A stretch of DNA of 64,000 nt from Rhodocyclales bacterium (GTDB lineage: Bacteria > Pseudomonadota > Gammaproteobacteria > Burkholderiales > Rhodocyclaceae), in contig JAPLQX010000012.1 in assembly GCA_026399435.1 (NCBI GenBank), positions 13,499 through 77,498 on the forward strand. Reading direction: 5' to 3'. Position numbers and translations under genes: made by a program. The notes under the pieces were generated by a model that did no database searches, was not told the origin of the DNA, and saw only the letters and a list, made by a program, of their open reading frames with translations. Positions 52,819 through 63,857 of this stretch are shown in pieces. Numbering within the stretch: the stretch's first letter is position 1; each line of letters opens with the position of its first letter.

Positions 52819-54699
52819 TTACAGCGCAACCCGCGTCCCCAGTTCCACCACCTGATTCGGCGGCAGCCCAAAAAAATCCGCCGCCGTGCGGGCATTGCGA
52901 TACAGGGTCGCGAACAGGGCCTCGCGCCAGTAGGGCATTTCGGCACCGACGCGGGGCATCACCGTCTCGCGGCCGAGGAAGTAGGAAGTCGTCATCGGCT
53001 CCAGATTCAGCCCCTGCTCGGCGCACCACTCGAGCGCCGCAGGCACGTCCGGCACATCCATGAATCCAAAATGGATGCCGACGCGGTAGAAGCGATGGTT
53101 CAGCCGCTCGACCGCCACCCGCTGCTGTTCCGCCACGCGGGGCACGGATTCCACCGTCACCGTGACCAGTGCCACCTGTTCATGGAGCACCTTGTTGTGC
53201 TTGAGGTTGTGCAGCAGGGCATGCGGTACATGATCCGGATAAGGCGTCATGAACACCGCGGCGCCTGGCACGGTAATCGTGTCCGGGGTCTCGATGCCCG
53301 TGATGAAATCCCGGAGAAGGATGGCCTGCGTATCGAGCTTCTCATGCAGCAGTTTGCGCCCCGCTTTCCAGGTCGTCAGCACCACATACACCGCGCCGCC
53401 GAAGACCAGCGGGAACCATCCGCCGTCGAGAATCTTGGTCGAATTGGCGGCCAGAAAGACCAGATCGAGCACCAGCAGCACGCCGAACACCGGTATTGCG
53501 AGATGTCGCTGCCAACCCCACTGGCGACGCGCTACAAGATAGGCGAACAGCGTGGTGATGATCATGGTGCCGGTCACCGCGATGCCGTAGGCCGCCGCCA
53601 GGTTGGTCGATGACTTGAAGGCCAGGACCAGGGCGATCACGCCGAGCAGCATCATCCAGTTGACGCCCGGCATGTAGATCTGCCCCATCTGGCTGCCGGA
53701 GGTGTGCCGCAACTCCATGCGCGGCGCATAACCGAGCTGGATCGCCTGTTGCGTGATCGAATACACGCCGGTGATCACCGCCTGCGAGGCGATCACCGTG
53801 GCCGCCGTGGCGAGCCCCACCAGCGGCAACAGGAACCAGTCCGGGGCCATTAGGTAAAAGGGATTGCGGATAGTCGCCGGATCGGCCAGCAGCAAGGCGC
53901 CCTGACCGAAGTAGTTGAGCAGCAGCGCCGGCAGCACCAGGCCGAACCAGGCCAGGCGGATCGGCCGCCGCCCGAAGTGGCCCATGTCGGCATACAGCGC
54001 CTCGGCGCCGGTCAGGGCAAGGAAGACGCTGCCCATGGCGAGAAAGCCGAGGGCCGGATCGGCGGCGAGGAAGGCCAGCGCATGCTGGGGCAGCAGCGCC
54101 GCGAGGATGCCTGGATGGCTGGCGATCTGGGCCGCGCCCATAAGCCCCAGCGCCGCAAACCAGACACAGGTAATCGGTCCGAAGGCGACGCCCACCTTGC
54201 CCGTACCGTGACTCTGTATCCAGAACAGTCCCACCAGGATGCCCAGTGTGATCGGCACGATATAGGGCGTGAACAGCGGCGTCACTACGTCCAATCCCTC
54301 GACCGCCGAGAGCACCGAAATCGCCGGCGTGATCAGGCCGTCGCCATAGAACAGCGCGGCACCGAACAGGCCGAGCAGGATCACCGCCTGCCGCGTGCGG
54401 CCGGAAATCCCCTCGTCGGCCAGCACCCGCGCCATCAGCGCCATGATGCCGCCCTCGCCCTTGTTGTCGGCACGCAGGATCAGCGCCACGTACTTGAAGG
54501 AGACGACGACGATCAGCGACCAGAACACCAGGGACAGGATGCCCAGCACGTTTGCCGCCGTGATCGGCACCGGGTGGTGGGCGTTGCCGAAGACTTCCTT
54601 GAGGGCGTAGAGCGGGCTGGTGCCGATGTCGCCATAGACGACGCCGAGGGCAGCGAGGGCGAGGACGGCGGTGCTGTCCTTATCGGTTTCGTGGCTCAT
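52819..54699 (-). CDS. kup: Potassium transporter Kup
   Basis: GVVYGDIGTSPLY, ADNKGEGG, EALYADMGHFG; ATGA-coupled to kdpE. Confidence 0.96.
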   Translation of the reverse strand: MSHETDKDSTAVLALAALGVVYGDIGTSPLYALKEVFGNAHHPVPITAANVLGILSLVFWSLIVVVSFKYVALILRADNKGEGGIMALMARVLADEGISGRTRQAVILLGLFGAALFYGDGLITPAISVLSAVEGLDVVTPLFTPYIVPITLGILVGLFWIQSHGTGKVGVAFGPITCVWFAALGLMGAAQIASHPGILAALLPQHALAFLAADPALGFLAMGSVFLALTGAEALYADMGHFGRRPIRLAWFGLVLPALLLNYFGQGALLLADPATIRNPFYLMAPDWFLLPLVGLATAATVIASQAVITGVYSITQQAIQLGYAPRMELRHTSGSQMGQIYMPGVNWMMLLGVIALVLAFKSSTNLAAAYGIAVTGTMIITTLFAYLVARRQWGWQRHLAIPVFGVLLVLDLVFLAANSTKILDGGWFPLVFGGAVYVVLTTWKAGRKLLHEKLDTQAILLRDFITGIETPDTITVPGAAVFMTPYPDHVPHALLHNLKHNKVLHEQVALVTVTVESVPRVAEQQRVAVERLNHRFYRVGIHFGFMDVPDVPAALEWCAEQGLNLEPMTTSYFLGRETVMPRVGAEMPYWREALFATLYRNARTAADFFGLPPNQVVELGTRVAL

Positions 54700-55394
54700 G
54701 AGATTGAATCCTGAAGGTGGAAACGGTAGCCGACCCCGGTTTCGGTCAGCAGGTGACGCGGCCGCGCCGGATCGGCTTCGAGCTTCTGCCGCAGATGGCC
54801 AATGTAGATGCGCAGATAGTGGCCGCGCTCGGCATACCCCGGCCCCCATACCTCCTTTAGCAACTGGCGGTGCGTCAGGACGCGGCCGGCATTGGTCAGC
54901 AGAACGCCGAGCAGGCGGTATTCAATCGGCGTCAGGTGAATGGCGGCGCCATCGCGGGTGACCGTGCGATGGGCGCGGTCGATACGGATATTGCCGAATT
55001 CAATCACCGTCTCGCCAGCGCCGACTTTCTTCCGACGCAGCAAGGCGCGCACCCGCGCCCGCATTTCCTGGACGCCAAAGGGTTTGGTCAGGTAATCGTC
55101 GGCACCGGCATCGAGCGCCGCCACCTTCTCGGCCTCGGCCGAGCGGGCCGACAGGACCAGCAGCGGCAGCATGGTCCATGTCCGCAGTTCGCGGATCAAT
55201 TCGACGCCATCGCGATCCGGCAGACCGAGGTCGATGATCGCCAGCGCCGGCCCCGGCCCGGTAAAAGCCTCCAGCGCCTCGGCCGCCGAACCGGCCTCGA
55301 CCACGCGGCCTTCGTCCTCCAGCGCGGCGCGGACAAAGCGCCGAATCTGCGGCTCGTCCTCCACCACCAGGATCAGCGGGCGATCGTCATTCAC
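54696..55394 (-). CDS. kdpE: KdpE response regulator
   Basis: VEDEPQIRRF, DLGLPD.DG, HYLRIY..HLRQKLE.DP..PRH..TE.GVGY. Confidence 0.92.
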   Translation of the reverse strand: MNDDRPLILVVEDEPQIRRFVRAALEDEGRVVEAGSAAEALEAFTGPGPALAIIDLGLPDRDGVELIRELRTWTMLPLLVLSARSAEAEKVAALDAGADDYLTKPFGVQEMRARVRALLRRKKVGAGETVIEFGNIRIDRAHRTVTRDGAAIHLTPIEYRLLGVLLTNAGRVLTHRQLLKEVWGPGYAERGHYLRIYIGHLRQKLEADPARPRHLLTETGVGYRFHLQDSIS

Positions 55395-56892
55395 CGGCTT
55401 CCTCCTCCAGCACCGGCGGCGTGCCGAGCGGCAGCGTGAAAATCATCCGGGTTCCGCCTTCCGCGCGCCGCTCCGCCCGAATGCGACCGCCGTGCACCTC
55501 GACAATCGCTCGGCAGATCGCCAGGCCAAGACCACCGCCGGCGCCCGAGTGGCGCCCGCGCTCGAACAGGTCGAACACGCTTTCCTCACCGTCCGCCGGC
55601 AAGCCCGGTCCGGCATCGACCACGGCCACTTCCACGACCTCGCCTGCCACCTGCGCCGTGATGAGGATCTCTCCCTGGGGCGCGTATTTCGCGGCGTTCT
55701 CCAGCAGGTTGCAGAACACACGCTCCAGCAGCACGGCGTCGAACTCCAGCGGCGGCAAGTCCGGTGCCAGTTCCACGCGCACCTCACGCCCCGCCAGCGC
55801 TCCCGCCATGGCCTTGAGGCTGCTGCCGACAACTTCTTCCAGCGGCTGCCATTCCCTGTTCAGCACGATCTTGCCGGTATGCAGACGGGCCATGTCCAGC
55901 AGGTTATGCACCAGTCCGGACAAACGCAGCGCCTGATCGCGGATTGCCACTGCCGATTCCAGCGCAGGCGGCGGCAGCGACGGCCGGGCCAGCGTCAGCG
56001 CATCGGCCAGCCCCACCAGTACTGTCAGCGGAGTACGCAAGTCATGCGACACGGCGGAAAGCAGTGCAGTGCGCAGTCGTTCCGATTCCATGCCCAGCGT
56101 GACTTCCTGAACCACTTCGCCATAGTGCAGGCGCTCGACGGCGATCGCCGCCAGCGATGCAACCGCGTCTAGCAGCGGGCGCCGCTCGGCGGCACAGAAG
56201 CGGTCGGCATGGTCGGAGTAAATCAGCAGCACCCCCCGCGTTCTCACCGACGAGACCAGTGGCAGCGCCAAGGCCGGCGCGTAGCCGCTTTCCTCCGCCG
56301 CCAGGTACATGGACTGGCCTTGCTCATAAACGGCGCGCACATGGTTTTGGTGCTGATCGCCGCCCCGCCGCGCCGGTATTGCCACCAGGGCGTCGTCACG
56401 ATCCGGCAGATAGAGAACCGCCTCGATCTCCAGCCGTGAGCCGAGGAAGTCGCGCACGATCTCCGCTACTTGTTCAGCCGCGACCGCGCCGGAAAGCAGT
56501 TTCGCCATGCCATACAGCGCCCGCATTTCATCCTCGCGCCGGGAAGCCAGCAAGGCCTTCTCGCGCAAACGGGCGGCAAGCTGGCCGATCACCAGGGCCA
56601 CCACCAGCATCACGGCAAACGTGATCAGGTACTGGGCGTCGGCCACCGCCAAGGAAAATCGCGGCTCGACGAAAAAGAAATCGAACAAGGCCACGCCGCC
56701 GAAAGCCGCCAGGATCGCCGGCCCGCTGCCAAGCCATACCGCCACCAGCGCCACGACCAGAAGAAAGATCATGACGATGTTGGCGGCATCGACCACGCCA
56801 TGCAGCGGCAAGGTCAGCAGGGTCGTCGCCACGCAGGCCAGCACAGCCCGGAAATAATCGCCTATGCCGCGCGATGGTTTCGCTTCACTCAT
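55387..56892 (-). CDS. kdpD: Short KdpD sensor kinase (DUF4118-GAF-HisKA-HATPase)
   Basis: FDFFF..PRFS, ERLR.ALLS.VSHDLRTPL, EWQPLEEVVGS; the N-terminal KdpD and Usp domains are absent. Confidence 0.88.
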   Translation of the reverse strand: MSEAKPSRGIGDYFRAVLACVATTLLTLPLHGVVDAANIVMIFLLVVALVAVWLGSGPAILAAFGGVALFDFFFVEPRFSLAVADAQYLITFAVMLVVALVIGQLAARLREKALLASRREDEMRALYGMAKLLSGAVAAEQVAEIVRDFLGSRLEIEAVLYLPDRDDALVAIPARRGGDQHQNHVRAVYEQGQSMYLAAEESGYAPALALPLVSSVRTRGVLLIYSDHADRFCAAERRPLLDAVASLAAIAVERLHYGEVVQEVTLGMESERLRTALLSAVSHDLRTPLTVLVGLADALTLARPSLPPPALESAVAIRDQALRLSGLVHNLLDMARLHTGKIVLNREWQPLEEVVGSSLKAMAGALAGREVRVELAPDLPPLEFDAVLLERVFCNLLENAAKYAPQGEILITAQVAGEVVEVAVVDAGPGLPADGEESVFDLFERGRHSGAGGGLGLAICRAIVEVHGGRIRAERRAEGGTRMIFTLPLGTPPVLEEEAGE

Positions 56893-56915
56893 GAATTCAT
56901 GCTACCCGCCGAGTT

Positions 56916-56933
56916 GTAAAAAGGGGGTAAAAA
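56916..56933 (-). promoter_or_regulatory. Putative KdpE box
   Basis: TTTTTAC-N4-TTTTTAC direct repeat on the minus strand, upstream of a TAGCAT -10-like hexamer and the kdpD ATG. Confidence 0.55.
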
Positions 56934-57048
56934 TCGCCCGACGCAGGGTTTGAGCGCGCCCCTCGCATCAGGACCGCAGACCGGCCGGTTCCCGGCCCGG
57001 AGCGGCCGATGGTAGTCTAGCCAGATCCATTCCTGGCGAGCAGAACCC

Positions 57049-58173
57049 ATGAGCAAATACATTGGCATTCTTACTGCCGGTGGCGACAGCCCCGGCCTCA
57101 ACGCAGCCATCCGCGGTGTCGGCAAGGCGGTACTTGGCCATTACGGCATGCACATCGTCGGTTTCCGCGATGGCTTTCGCGGGCTGATGGAGAATCGCAC
57201 GGCACCGCTCGATGGTGGGCAACTCTCGGGCATTCTCACTGTGGGTGGCACCATCCTCGGCACCAGCCGCGACAAACCGCACAAGATGCCGGTGGGCGGC
57301 AAGATCCTGAACATGCTCGACACCATCGCCGGCAACTACCGGGACAACCACCTTGATTGCCTGGTATGCCTCGGCGGTGGCGGCACCCTGAAGAATGCCT
57401 TGCGACTCAAGCAAATGGGGCTCAACGTCATCACACTGCCCAAAACGATAGACAACGACGTTGCCGGGACGGACATTACCTTCGGCTTCGATACCGCTCT
57501 GGGCATTGCCACCGAGGCCATCGATCGACTGCACAGCACCGCTCACAGCCATCACCGCATCATCGTGGTCGAGATCATGGGCCACCGGGCCGGCTGGCTG
57601 GCGCTCGGTGCGGGGATCGCCGGCGGCGCCGACGTCATACTGGTTCCGGAAATTCCCTATGACGTCGATAGCGTGGCCGAAGCAATCCGGGCGCGCGCTC
57701 GCGGCGGCAAGCCCTTCTCCATCGTCGCGGTAGCCGAAGGGGCCGTCTCGAAGCAGGACCTGGCCGCGATAGCCGCAGCCAGGGCCAAGGGAAACAAGTC
57801 AGCGAAGCTCAAGGACGGACGCAAGCTGGACGATCAGGAAGCCGACGCGGCGGAACTGCTCTATGCCGATCGAACGCTGCGGCTCGCCAAGTCCCTGGAA
57901 GCCCTGACGGGTCTGGAAGCTCGCGTCACCATCCTCGGACACGTACAGCGCGGCGGTGCACCGTCGGCCGCCGACCGCCTGCTGGCGACGCGCCTCGGCA
58001 CCGCATGCGCCGATCTGATTGCCAAAGGAACTTTCGGAGTCATGGTTGCCGCCAAAGGCGACGGCACGCGCCCGGTAAAACTCGAAGACGTAGCGGGCAA
58101 GGTCAAGACCGTACCGCTCAATCACCCCTGGATCGGCAGTGCGCGCCGGGTGGGAACCAACTTCGGCGACTGA
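57049..58173 (+). CDS. pfkA: 6-phosphofructokinase (PfkA family, probably ATP-dependent)
   Basis: [43 protein letters not shown]. Confidence 0.92.
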   Translation: MSKYIGILTAGGDSPGLNAAIRGVGKAVLGHYGMHIVGFRDGFRGLMENRTAPLDGGQLSGILTVGGTILGTSRDKPHKMPVGGKILNMLDTIAGNYRDNHLDCLVCLGGGGTLKNALRLKQMGLNVITLPKTIDNDVAGTDITFGFDTALGIATEAIDRLHSTAHSHHRIIVVEIMGHRAGWLALGAGIAGGADVILVPEIPYDVDSVAEAIRARARGGKPFSIVAVAEGAVSKQDLAAIAAARAKGNKSAKLKDGRKLDDQEADAAELLYADRTLRLAKSLEALTGLEARVTILGHVQRGGAPSAADRLLATRLGTACADLIAKGTFGVMVAAKGDGTRPVKLEDVAGKVKTVPLNHPWIGSARRVGTNFGD

Positions 58174-58655
58174 GCCGCTTTGACAGGCAACTCCCGGCCA
58201 TCAGCGGCCAATCAGCCCTATAAAATTCAAACCGAATGGCTGGCCGCAATGCGATCCGTTGCCGCCACTCAAACTTTGATGACTGTGAGTCAAGACCGCC
58301 GCTGTGGGAAGCGGCAGTGGAATAGGCAGGCAACGATCCTCAGTGGGATTTGTCAGCCCAGCCTGGACCCGAGGTCGAGTACGATCAGACTGTCGCCTGG
58401 TGATGAGTGATTTTGCCTTCGTCGGGGTGCACTTGTGTCCTCGTCACAACGAGTGGTGGATTTTCAGCGCGGCCCCGGAAAATACCTGTCGTTGCGTCTG
58501 TGAGCGCCGCGAATCTCATCATCATGCGGAAACTCGACGGCGAAATCTGGTATTGAGGGGTATGCTGCGAACGAGAATTCTTGAGATTGCCCCTTTGAAA
58601 TGCCTATACTTAGTAGGCGGCAATTCCGTAAGGCACCGGCTTTACCGGTGAATGA

Positions 58656-59579
58656 CTACTCGACTACTTCCGCCACCAATATTCCATAACCGTAGGTGCC
58701 CTTGATGGGCAGATTGTCGAAAATGCCAATCGCCCTAAATCCGTGGCGTTCAATCTCAGCGACACTGCTCCGAAAATAGTCACCTGCCCGTAAATAGAGT
58801 CTCCCATAGAAATCATTTACCTCGGGAAACGGTTCGTGGAAGATCACATAATTCTTAGCAATTCGTCGAATCTCCGCAAGTGCTTTCGGTAGGTCGGCAG
58901 CCATTTGTTCCAGTGCGGAGAACGTATAGACTAAATCATATTCTTTATCATTGCCGCTAATGTCATAGGCCGAAGCGCAATGAAACTTAATCTGCCGTAT
59001 GGGATCATCGCTGTTTGAATGTAAGTTGTATATCTGCCCGTAGGACGTTCCGTATAGACCATGTTCTTGTAGGCTCTTGCAAAGGTCAACACCTGATTGA
59101 GCCAACTCATATCCAGTAAATCGAATATCCGGAAAACGGCTCGCCAAATAAAAAATTGTCGACCCCGAACCTGCACCAACCTCACAAATACTTTTCGGAC
59201 TAAGTTGGGCAATTATGTTGCCTAGAATAGTTCTGTTGCAGGCCATCGCATGCGCACCGATGCAACGGACGACAATCTTATGATTTATCCGGTAAGTGCC
59301 TGTACCGCGCAGTTGATTGCTAAAATTTCCAAGATGCGTCTCCGCGCTCATCTTATAGAGCGACTCATGTAAATCCTTGACGCCTTTGTTTGATTTGAGG
59401 CGAAATTGAAAACGGATGGCGTGTCGAAATCGCGCATAAACAAACCGGAGAATTTGTCCAACAATGTATTTTCTGGTTTCACTGAGAAATTTCTTGCCTT
59501 CCGCACTATCCAACGCCACAGACTCCTCAGTGGGGTTCAATAATTTCACGACCTCCTGATCGCTTATTTTGTTTAACAT
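58656..59579 (-). CDS. Class I SAM-dependent methyltransferase in an AT-rich islet
   Basis: ICEVGAGSG motif I, YDLVYT..ALEQ; visibly AT-richer than neighbouring genes. Confidence 0.85.
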   Translation of the reverse strand: MLNKISDQEVVKLLNPTEESVALDSAEGKKFLSETRKYIVGQILRFVYARFRHAIRFQFRLKSNKGVKDLHESLYKMSAETHLGNFSNQLRGTGTYRINHKIVVRCIGAHAMACNRTILGNIIAQLSPKSICEVGAGSGSTIFYLASRFPDIRFTGYELAQSGVDLCKSLQEHGLYGTSYGQIYNLHSNSDDPIRQIKFHCASAYDISGNDKEYDLVYTFSALEQMAADLPKALAEIRRIAKNYVIFHEPFPEVNDFYGRLYLRAGDYFRSSVAEIERHGFRAIGIFDNLPIKGTYGYGILVAEVVE

Positions 59580-59955
59580 TTATTCGTTCCCTAGTAATCG
59601 GATAGACTCAAAAAACCAGTCGCTACCATCGCGCATTTTGTGAATGGACGCCAAACAACTTGTGGTGCTCTTGCATGCGGCCACCGAGAACACAACTCGG
59701 CGGCCATCATGCCCGTCGGTAGCCACCGCAGTAACTCGCAACAACGAAAAAAATGCGCTGATTTTACTATATCTCGCGCGGACACAATCTGAGGTTTTCC
59801 CGCCGCAACGAGGCGGTAAGCCGCCTCTATACTTGCTTTTGTCATGTGACGGCTGTGGGCACATTGCCGCCTCTCCCCAACTCGTCGCGACGGCATTGCC
59901 ATCGCACTGCTTCAGCGTCTTCCGTCAGGGCGACTCGAATTCGACTGCCGGCCGC

Positions 59956-61401
59956 TCAATGCACTGTGCATACCATGCAGGGATCGAAGCTGCGCACCAC
60001 GTGATGGATGGCCGCCGGCAGGGGCTTGGTGGCGCTGGCCGTCAGGCCTGCCAGTGCCTGCTCCAGTGCGCCGGGCTGGCCGGCGGCATCGCGCGGGGAG
60101 AAGTTCCAGGTGGTCGGTGCGATGATCTGGTAGTTGTGGATGCGGCCGCGCCGCACGGTGATCCAATGGCCGAGCGATCCGCGCGCCGCTTCGATGAGGC
60201 CGACGCCCGAAGTTTCGTCGGCGGTTGGCGCAGTGATGCACCAGGGCTCGCCGGGAACCAGTTCGGCCAGCCAGCGTTCCATCGCGGGCAGCACCAGCGC
60301 CAGTTCCAGCAGACGCGCCACCACGCGCGCGGCGACGCTGGCGCCGTAGCCTTCGATCATGTCGCGCGCCAAGGGATGGCCCGCCACCACCTGACGCGCC
60401 AGAGCGCCGGTCTCCACCACCTGCCCGGCCAGGCGTGGCGCCTTGCACCAGGAATAGGCGCCGTCCTTTTCCGCCACCGGCAGGGTGCTGCCCGTCGCCG
60501 GATGCTGCGGCAAACCGGCTGCGGCATACCAGGCATGGGTGATGTCTTCCTCGATCGCTGCGATATCGAGCGGTGCGACCGCGCCATGCCACAGACCCGC
60601 GGGGAACAGCCGCCTATCCTCTTCCTGATAGCAGCCATAGCTCATGAAGCGATCGGTGCCGCGCCCGAGATGCCACAGATCGAGATCCCCGGCAATGGCG
60701 AGGAATGCCCGCAAATCGCCGCCACCGGCCCTGCCCCGCCAGGCATCGAGCGCGGCGCGGCTGTCGATCGCGGCGACTTCTTCCAGCTTCGCGCCGAAAG
60801 TCACGATTTCGAGAAATTCGCGGAACTCGCGCAGCGTCCGGTGCAGACGGAAAATCTCTGAACTCGCCAATGGCCGCGTCGAGCCGCCCGGCTGCACGGC
60901 CAAGGTATGCGGCCATTTGCCGGCGAGCAGCCCCATCATCTGCATGAAGCGGGCGCGCGCCGGCAGGACCTGGTTCGGTGCGCTGCCAACCGTGGCGCGA
61001 AAGCGGTCTACCGTTGCGGCATGCCAGGGGCGGCCCGCATAGTCGGCACGGGCGAAGTCGGGCATGAAGAACAGGTAGAAATGCGTCAGGTGGTCGGCCA
61101 GGTTCTCGGTCGCCAGCGTCAGGTTGGCCGCCAATCGGCCGTTTTGCGGCGGCTCGATGCCCAGCGCGTCGGCCAGCGCCAGGGCTGATGCGGCCGACTG
61201 GGCGACCGAGCAGATGCCGCAGATGCGCGGCACCAGCACCAGCGCATCGGCCGGCCGCTTGCCTTGCAGGATCTGTTCGAAGCCGCGATACAGCGGCGAA
61301 TTGACATAGGCCGCCGCGACCTTCCCATCGGCGATGTCGAGCGTGATTTCGAGATCGCCTTCGACGCGATTGAAGGGGCCGACGACGCGCCGCGTACTCA
61401 T
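59956..61401 (-). CDS. hoxC: Regulatory [NiFe]-hydrogenase large subunit (group 2b, HoxC/HupV)
   Basis: GPFNRVEGDL, L1 RICGIC, L2 DPCMVCTVH at the very end (no cleavable C-terminal extension). Confidence 0.93.
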   Translation of the reverse strand: MSTRRVVGPFNRVEGDLEITLDIADGKVAAAYVNSPLYRGFEQILQGKRPADALVLVPRICGICSVAQSAASALALADALGIEPPQNGRLAANLTLATENLADHLTHFYLFFMPDFARADYAGRPWHAATVDRFRATVGSAPNQVLPARARFMQMMGLLAGKWPHTLAVQPGGSTRPLASSEIFRLHRTLREFREFLEIVTFGAKLEEVAAIDSRAALDAWRGRAGGGDLRAFLAIAGDLDLWHLGRGTDRFMSYGCYQEEDRRLFPAGLWHGAVAPLDIAAIEEDITHAWYAAAGLPQHPATGSTLPVAEKDGAYSWCKAPRLAGQVVETGALARQVVAGHPLARDMIEGYGASVAARVVARLLELALVLPAMERWLAELVPGEPWCITAPTADETSGVGLIEAARGSLGHWITVRRGRIHNYQIIAPTTWNFSPRDAAGQPGALEQALAGLTASATKPLPAAIHHVVRSFDPCMVCTVH

Positions 61402-62390
61402 CTTTTGCCGCGCTTGACTGACGGTGCGCGCAACAGGTGATCAGCGGTCGCGTTTTCCCGTACGCGCGACGGTGTCGCTGACTTCGACAGCGCCGCCAGC
61501 GCGACGAACCAGGCTTTTGGCATGTCGGCAGGCAGACCGATGGGAATGCCGGCGACTTTTGGCGTGGTCTCGAACGGGTGACCCGGTTCCTCGAAACCGG
61601 GTTCGGTACAGCGGATGCAAGCGTAACCGCCACGCAGGCAGGAGCCTTCGCCGTTCCACAAGCGCTGGTTGCAATCGGCATGCGCCTGAGTGCCGCCGCA
61701 GCCGAGATGCTCCATCAGGCAGCCCTGATCCGACGATTTTACGGCGCTGGCTTTGAACTCGTAATATTCGTTGCGCGGGCAACCGTGATGCACCAGTTGA
61801 TCGGCGAAAAACCGTGGACGCCCGAAGTCGTCGAGATGCTCGGCCTGCAAGCTGCCGTGCGACAGCGCCGCCAAGGTTTCGGTAATCCAGTCGGGATGCG
61901 GCGGACAGCCGGCGACGTTGATCACCGGCAGACCCGTGCGATCGCGAAAATCCGGTCCGAGCAGGCCGCCGCTGGCCTCGCCGTCGTACTGCAGGCCGCA
62001 GGCATCGGTCGGATTCATGCCGGCGGCCGTGATGCCGCCCCAGGAAGAGCAACTGCCGACCGCGACCACGTGCTGCGCGCGGGCGGCGATGCGCCGCACC
62101 CATTCGATCATCGGCTCTGCGCCGCCGCCGAAGCGATGGAAACCACCCGTGCCGCGCGGCCCGCGCAACAGCGAGCCTTCGATGCACAACACATCGACGG
62201 CGGTACGGCCGTCGGCGCATTGCTCAATGAGGTCGCGCGCCTCATCGACACCGGCCTCGGAAACGCTCGGATGCCAGAGCAGTTCAATGCCTTCGTCGGC
62301 CAGCACGCGGAACAAGGGGCCGTGTTCGCCGCCCAGCCATGACAGGGTGCAACCGCCGCAGCCGCCTGACTGCAGCCAGAGGAGATTCAT
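61398..62390 (-). CDS. hoxB: Regulatory [NiFe]-hydrogenase small subunit (HoxB/HupU)
   Basis: WLQSGGCGGC, GCPPHP, HHGCPRNEYY; no Tat signal; C-terminal GLP.DMPKAWF tail. Confidence 0.93.
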   Translation of the reverse strand: MNLLWLQSGGCGGCTLSWLGGEHGPLFRVLADEGIELLWHPSVSEAGVDEARDLIEQCADGRTAVDVLCIEGSLLRGPRGTGGFHRFGGGAEPMIEWVRRIAARAQHVVAVGSCSSWGGITAAGMNPTDACGLQYDGEASGGLLGPDFRDRTGLPVINVAGCPPHPDWITETLAALSHGSLQAEHLDDFGRPRFFADQLVHHGCPRNEYYEFKASAVKSSDQGCLMEHLGCGGTQAHADCNQRLWNGEGSCLRGGYACIRCTEPGFEEPGHPFETTPKVAGIPIGLPADMPKAWFVALAALSKSATPSRVRENATADHLLRAPSVKRGKR

Positions 62391-63829
62391 GATTCGCTAC
62401 CCCCGAGTCCCAGACGTGAGAGTTTCATGCGCAGCCCGACACGGGTCAGGCCGAGTTCTTCGGCGACGCGCGTCTTGTTGCCGCGATGGCGGCGCAGGGC
62501 CGCGTCGATCACCTGCGCCTCGACCTGGTCGAGCAGTTCCTTGAGCGTCGCGCCGTCCGGGTCGAACCCGGGCGCTGCGGCGCTGATGAACGTAGCCGAC
62601 TGGCGGACCCCCGCGGAAAACAGATCGGCATCGAGCACGTCGCCGTCGCCGAGGGCCAGCGCGCGCAATACTTCGTTCTGCAGCTCGCGCACATTGCCCG
62701 GCCAGCGGTGGGCGACCAGGCATTTCATGGCTTCCGCGGAAAACCGCCGTCCCGCCAGCGCCGACTCCTTGAACATGCCGGCGATGATCAGCGGGATGTC
62801 CTGCGGTCGCTCGCGCAAGCTGGGCATGCGGAAGGTGATGCCGGCGATGCGATAGTAAAGATCCTGGCGGAAGCGCCCGCTGGCGACGTCGGCTTCGAGG
62901 TCGCGGTTGGTCGCGGCGATGATGCGCACATCCACCGGCACCGAACGCGGACTGCCGACGGGGCGTACCTCGCCTTCCTGCAGCGCGCGCAGCAGCTTGA
63001 CCTGAAAGGCCGGCGAGGTGTCGCCGATTTCGTCGAGGAACAGCGTGCCGCCGTCGGCCTGCTGGAACAGGCCGATACGGTCTTCATGGGCGCCGGTGAA
63101 GGCGCCGCGCTTGTGGCCGAAGAGCTCGGCCTCGAGCAGGGTGTCCGGCATCGCACCGCAGTTTTCGACAACGAAGGGCCGCTCGGCACGCTCGCTGGTG
63201 TAGTGGATGGCGCGCGCCAGCAGTTCCTTGCCGGTACCCGACTCCCCGGTGACCAGCACCGAGAGTTCATGCCCGGCAATTTTTTGCGCCAGCTCGCAGA
63301 TGCCGTTCAAGGGGCTGTCCGCCGCGCGCATCAGGCGGTCGAAGCCGGAACGGGCGCGGACCCTGCCGCGCCGGCTGGCCACCTGCCGCACCAGTTGTTC
63401 CGGGCTGTCGCGCAGTTCCAGCGACAGGCGCTGGTTCTCCTGCTGCAGCCGCCACAGCTCGGCCGCGCTTTTCAGGGTCAGCAACAATTGATCGGGATGC
63501 CAGGGCTTCAACAGGTACTGCCAGATGCCGGCCTCGTTGATGCCCGCAATGATGTCCTCGGCATCGGTGTAGCCGGAGAGGATCAGGCGCACCGTCTCGG
63601 GCCACTGGACGCGCACGCGGCGCAGGAATTCGACGCCCGAGGTGCCCGGCATGCGCTGATCGGACAGCACGATATGGACGAACTCGCGGCCCATGATGAC
63701 TTCGGCCTCCGCGGCCGAAAGCGCGGTGAATACCGTGAAATCCTCTTCCAGCGTGCGGCGCAGGGTTTCCAGCGAGCGCATCTCGTCGTCGACCACCAGC
63801 ACCGTCAAGGGAGCGCGAGGTTTCATCAT
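62387..63829 (-). CDS. hoxA: Sigma54-dependent hydrogenase response regulator (HoxA/HupR)
   Basis: REC domain, [24 protein letters not shown], Fis HTH RVGLR.KL. Confidence 0.9.
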   Translation of the reverse strand: MMKPRAPLTVLVVDDEMRSLETLRRTLEEDFTVFTALSAAEAEVIMGREFVHIVLSDQRMPGTSGVEFLRRVRVQWPETVRLILSGYTDAEDIIAGINEAGIWQYLLKPWHPDQLLLTLKSAAELWRLQQENQRLSLELRDSPEQLVRQVASRRGRVRARSGFDRLMRAADSPLNGICELAQKIAGHELSVLVTGESGTGKELLARAIHYTSERAERPFVVENCGAMPDTLLEAELFGHKRGAFTGAHEDRIGLFQQADGGTLFLDEIGDTSPAFQVKLLRALQEGEVRPVGSPRSVPVDVRIIAATNRDLEADVASGRFRQDLYYRIAGITFRMPSLRERPQDIPLIIAGMFKESALAGRRFSAEAMKCLVAHRWPGNVRELQNEVLRALALGDGDVLDADLFSAGVRQSATFISAAAPGFDPDGATLKELLDQVEAQVIDAALRRHRGNKTRVAEELGLTRVGLRMKLSRLGLGGSES

Positions 63830-63857
63830 CGAAAGATCATTCAGCCACGAAGTTCAG

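Noticed and set aside
58174-58655. Integron attC sites or IS ends flanking the methyltransferase
   Set aside because: The palindromes are short and degenerate, there is no RYYYAAC/GTTRRRY pair that I can support, and no recombinase is in the window.
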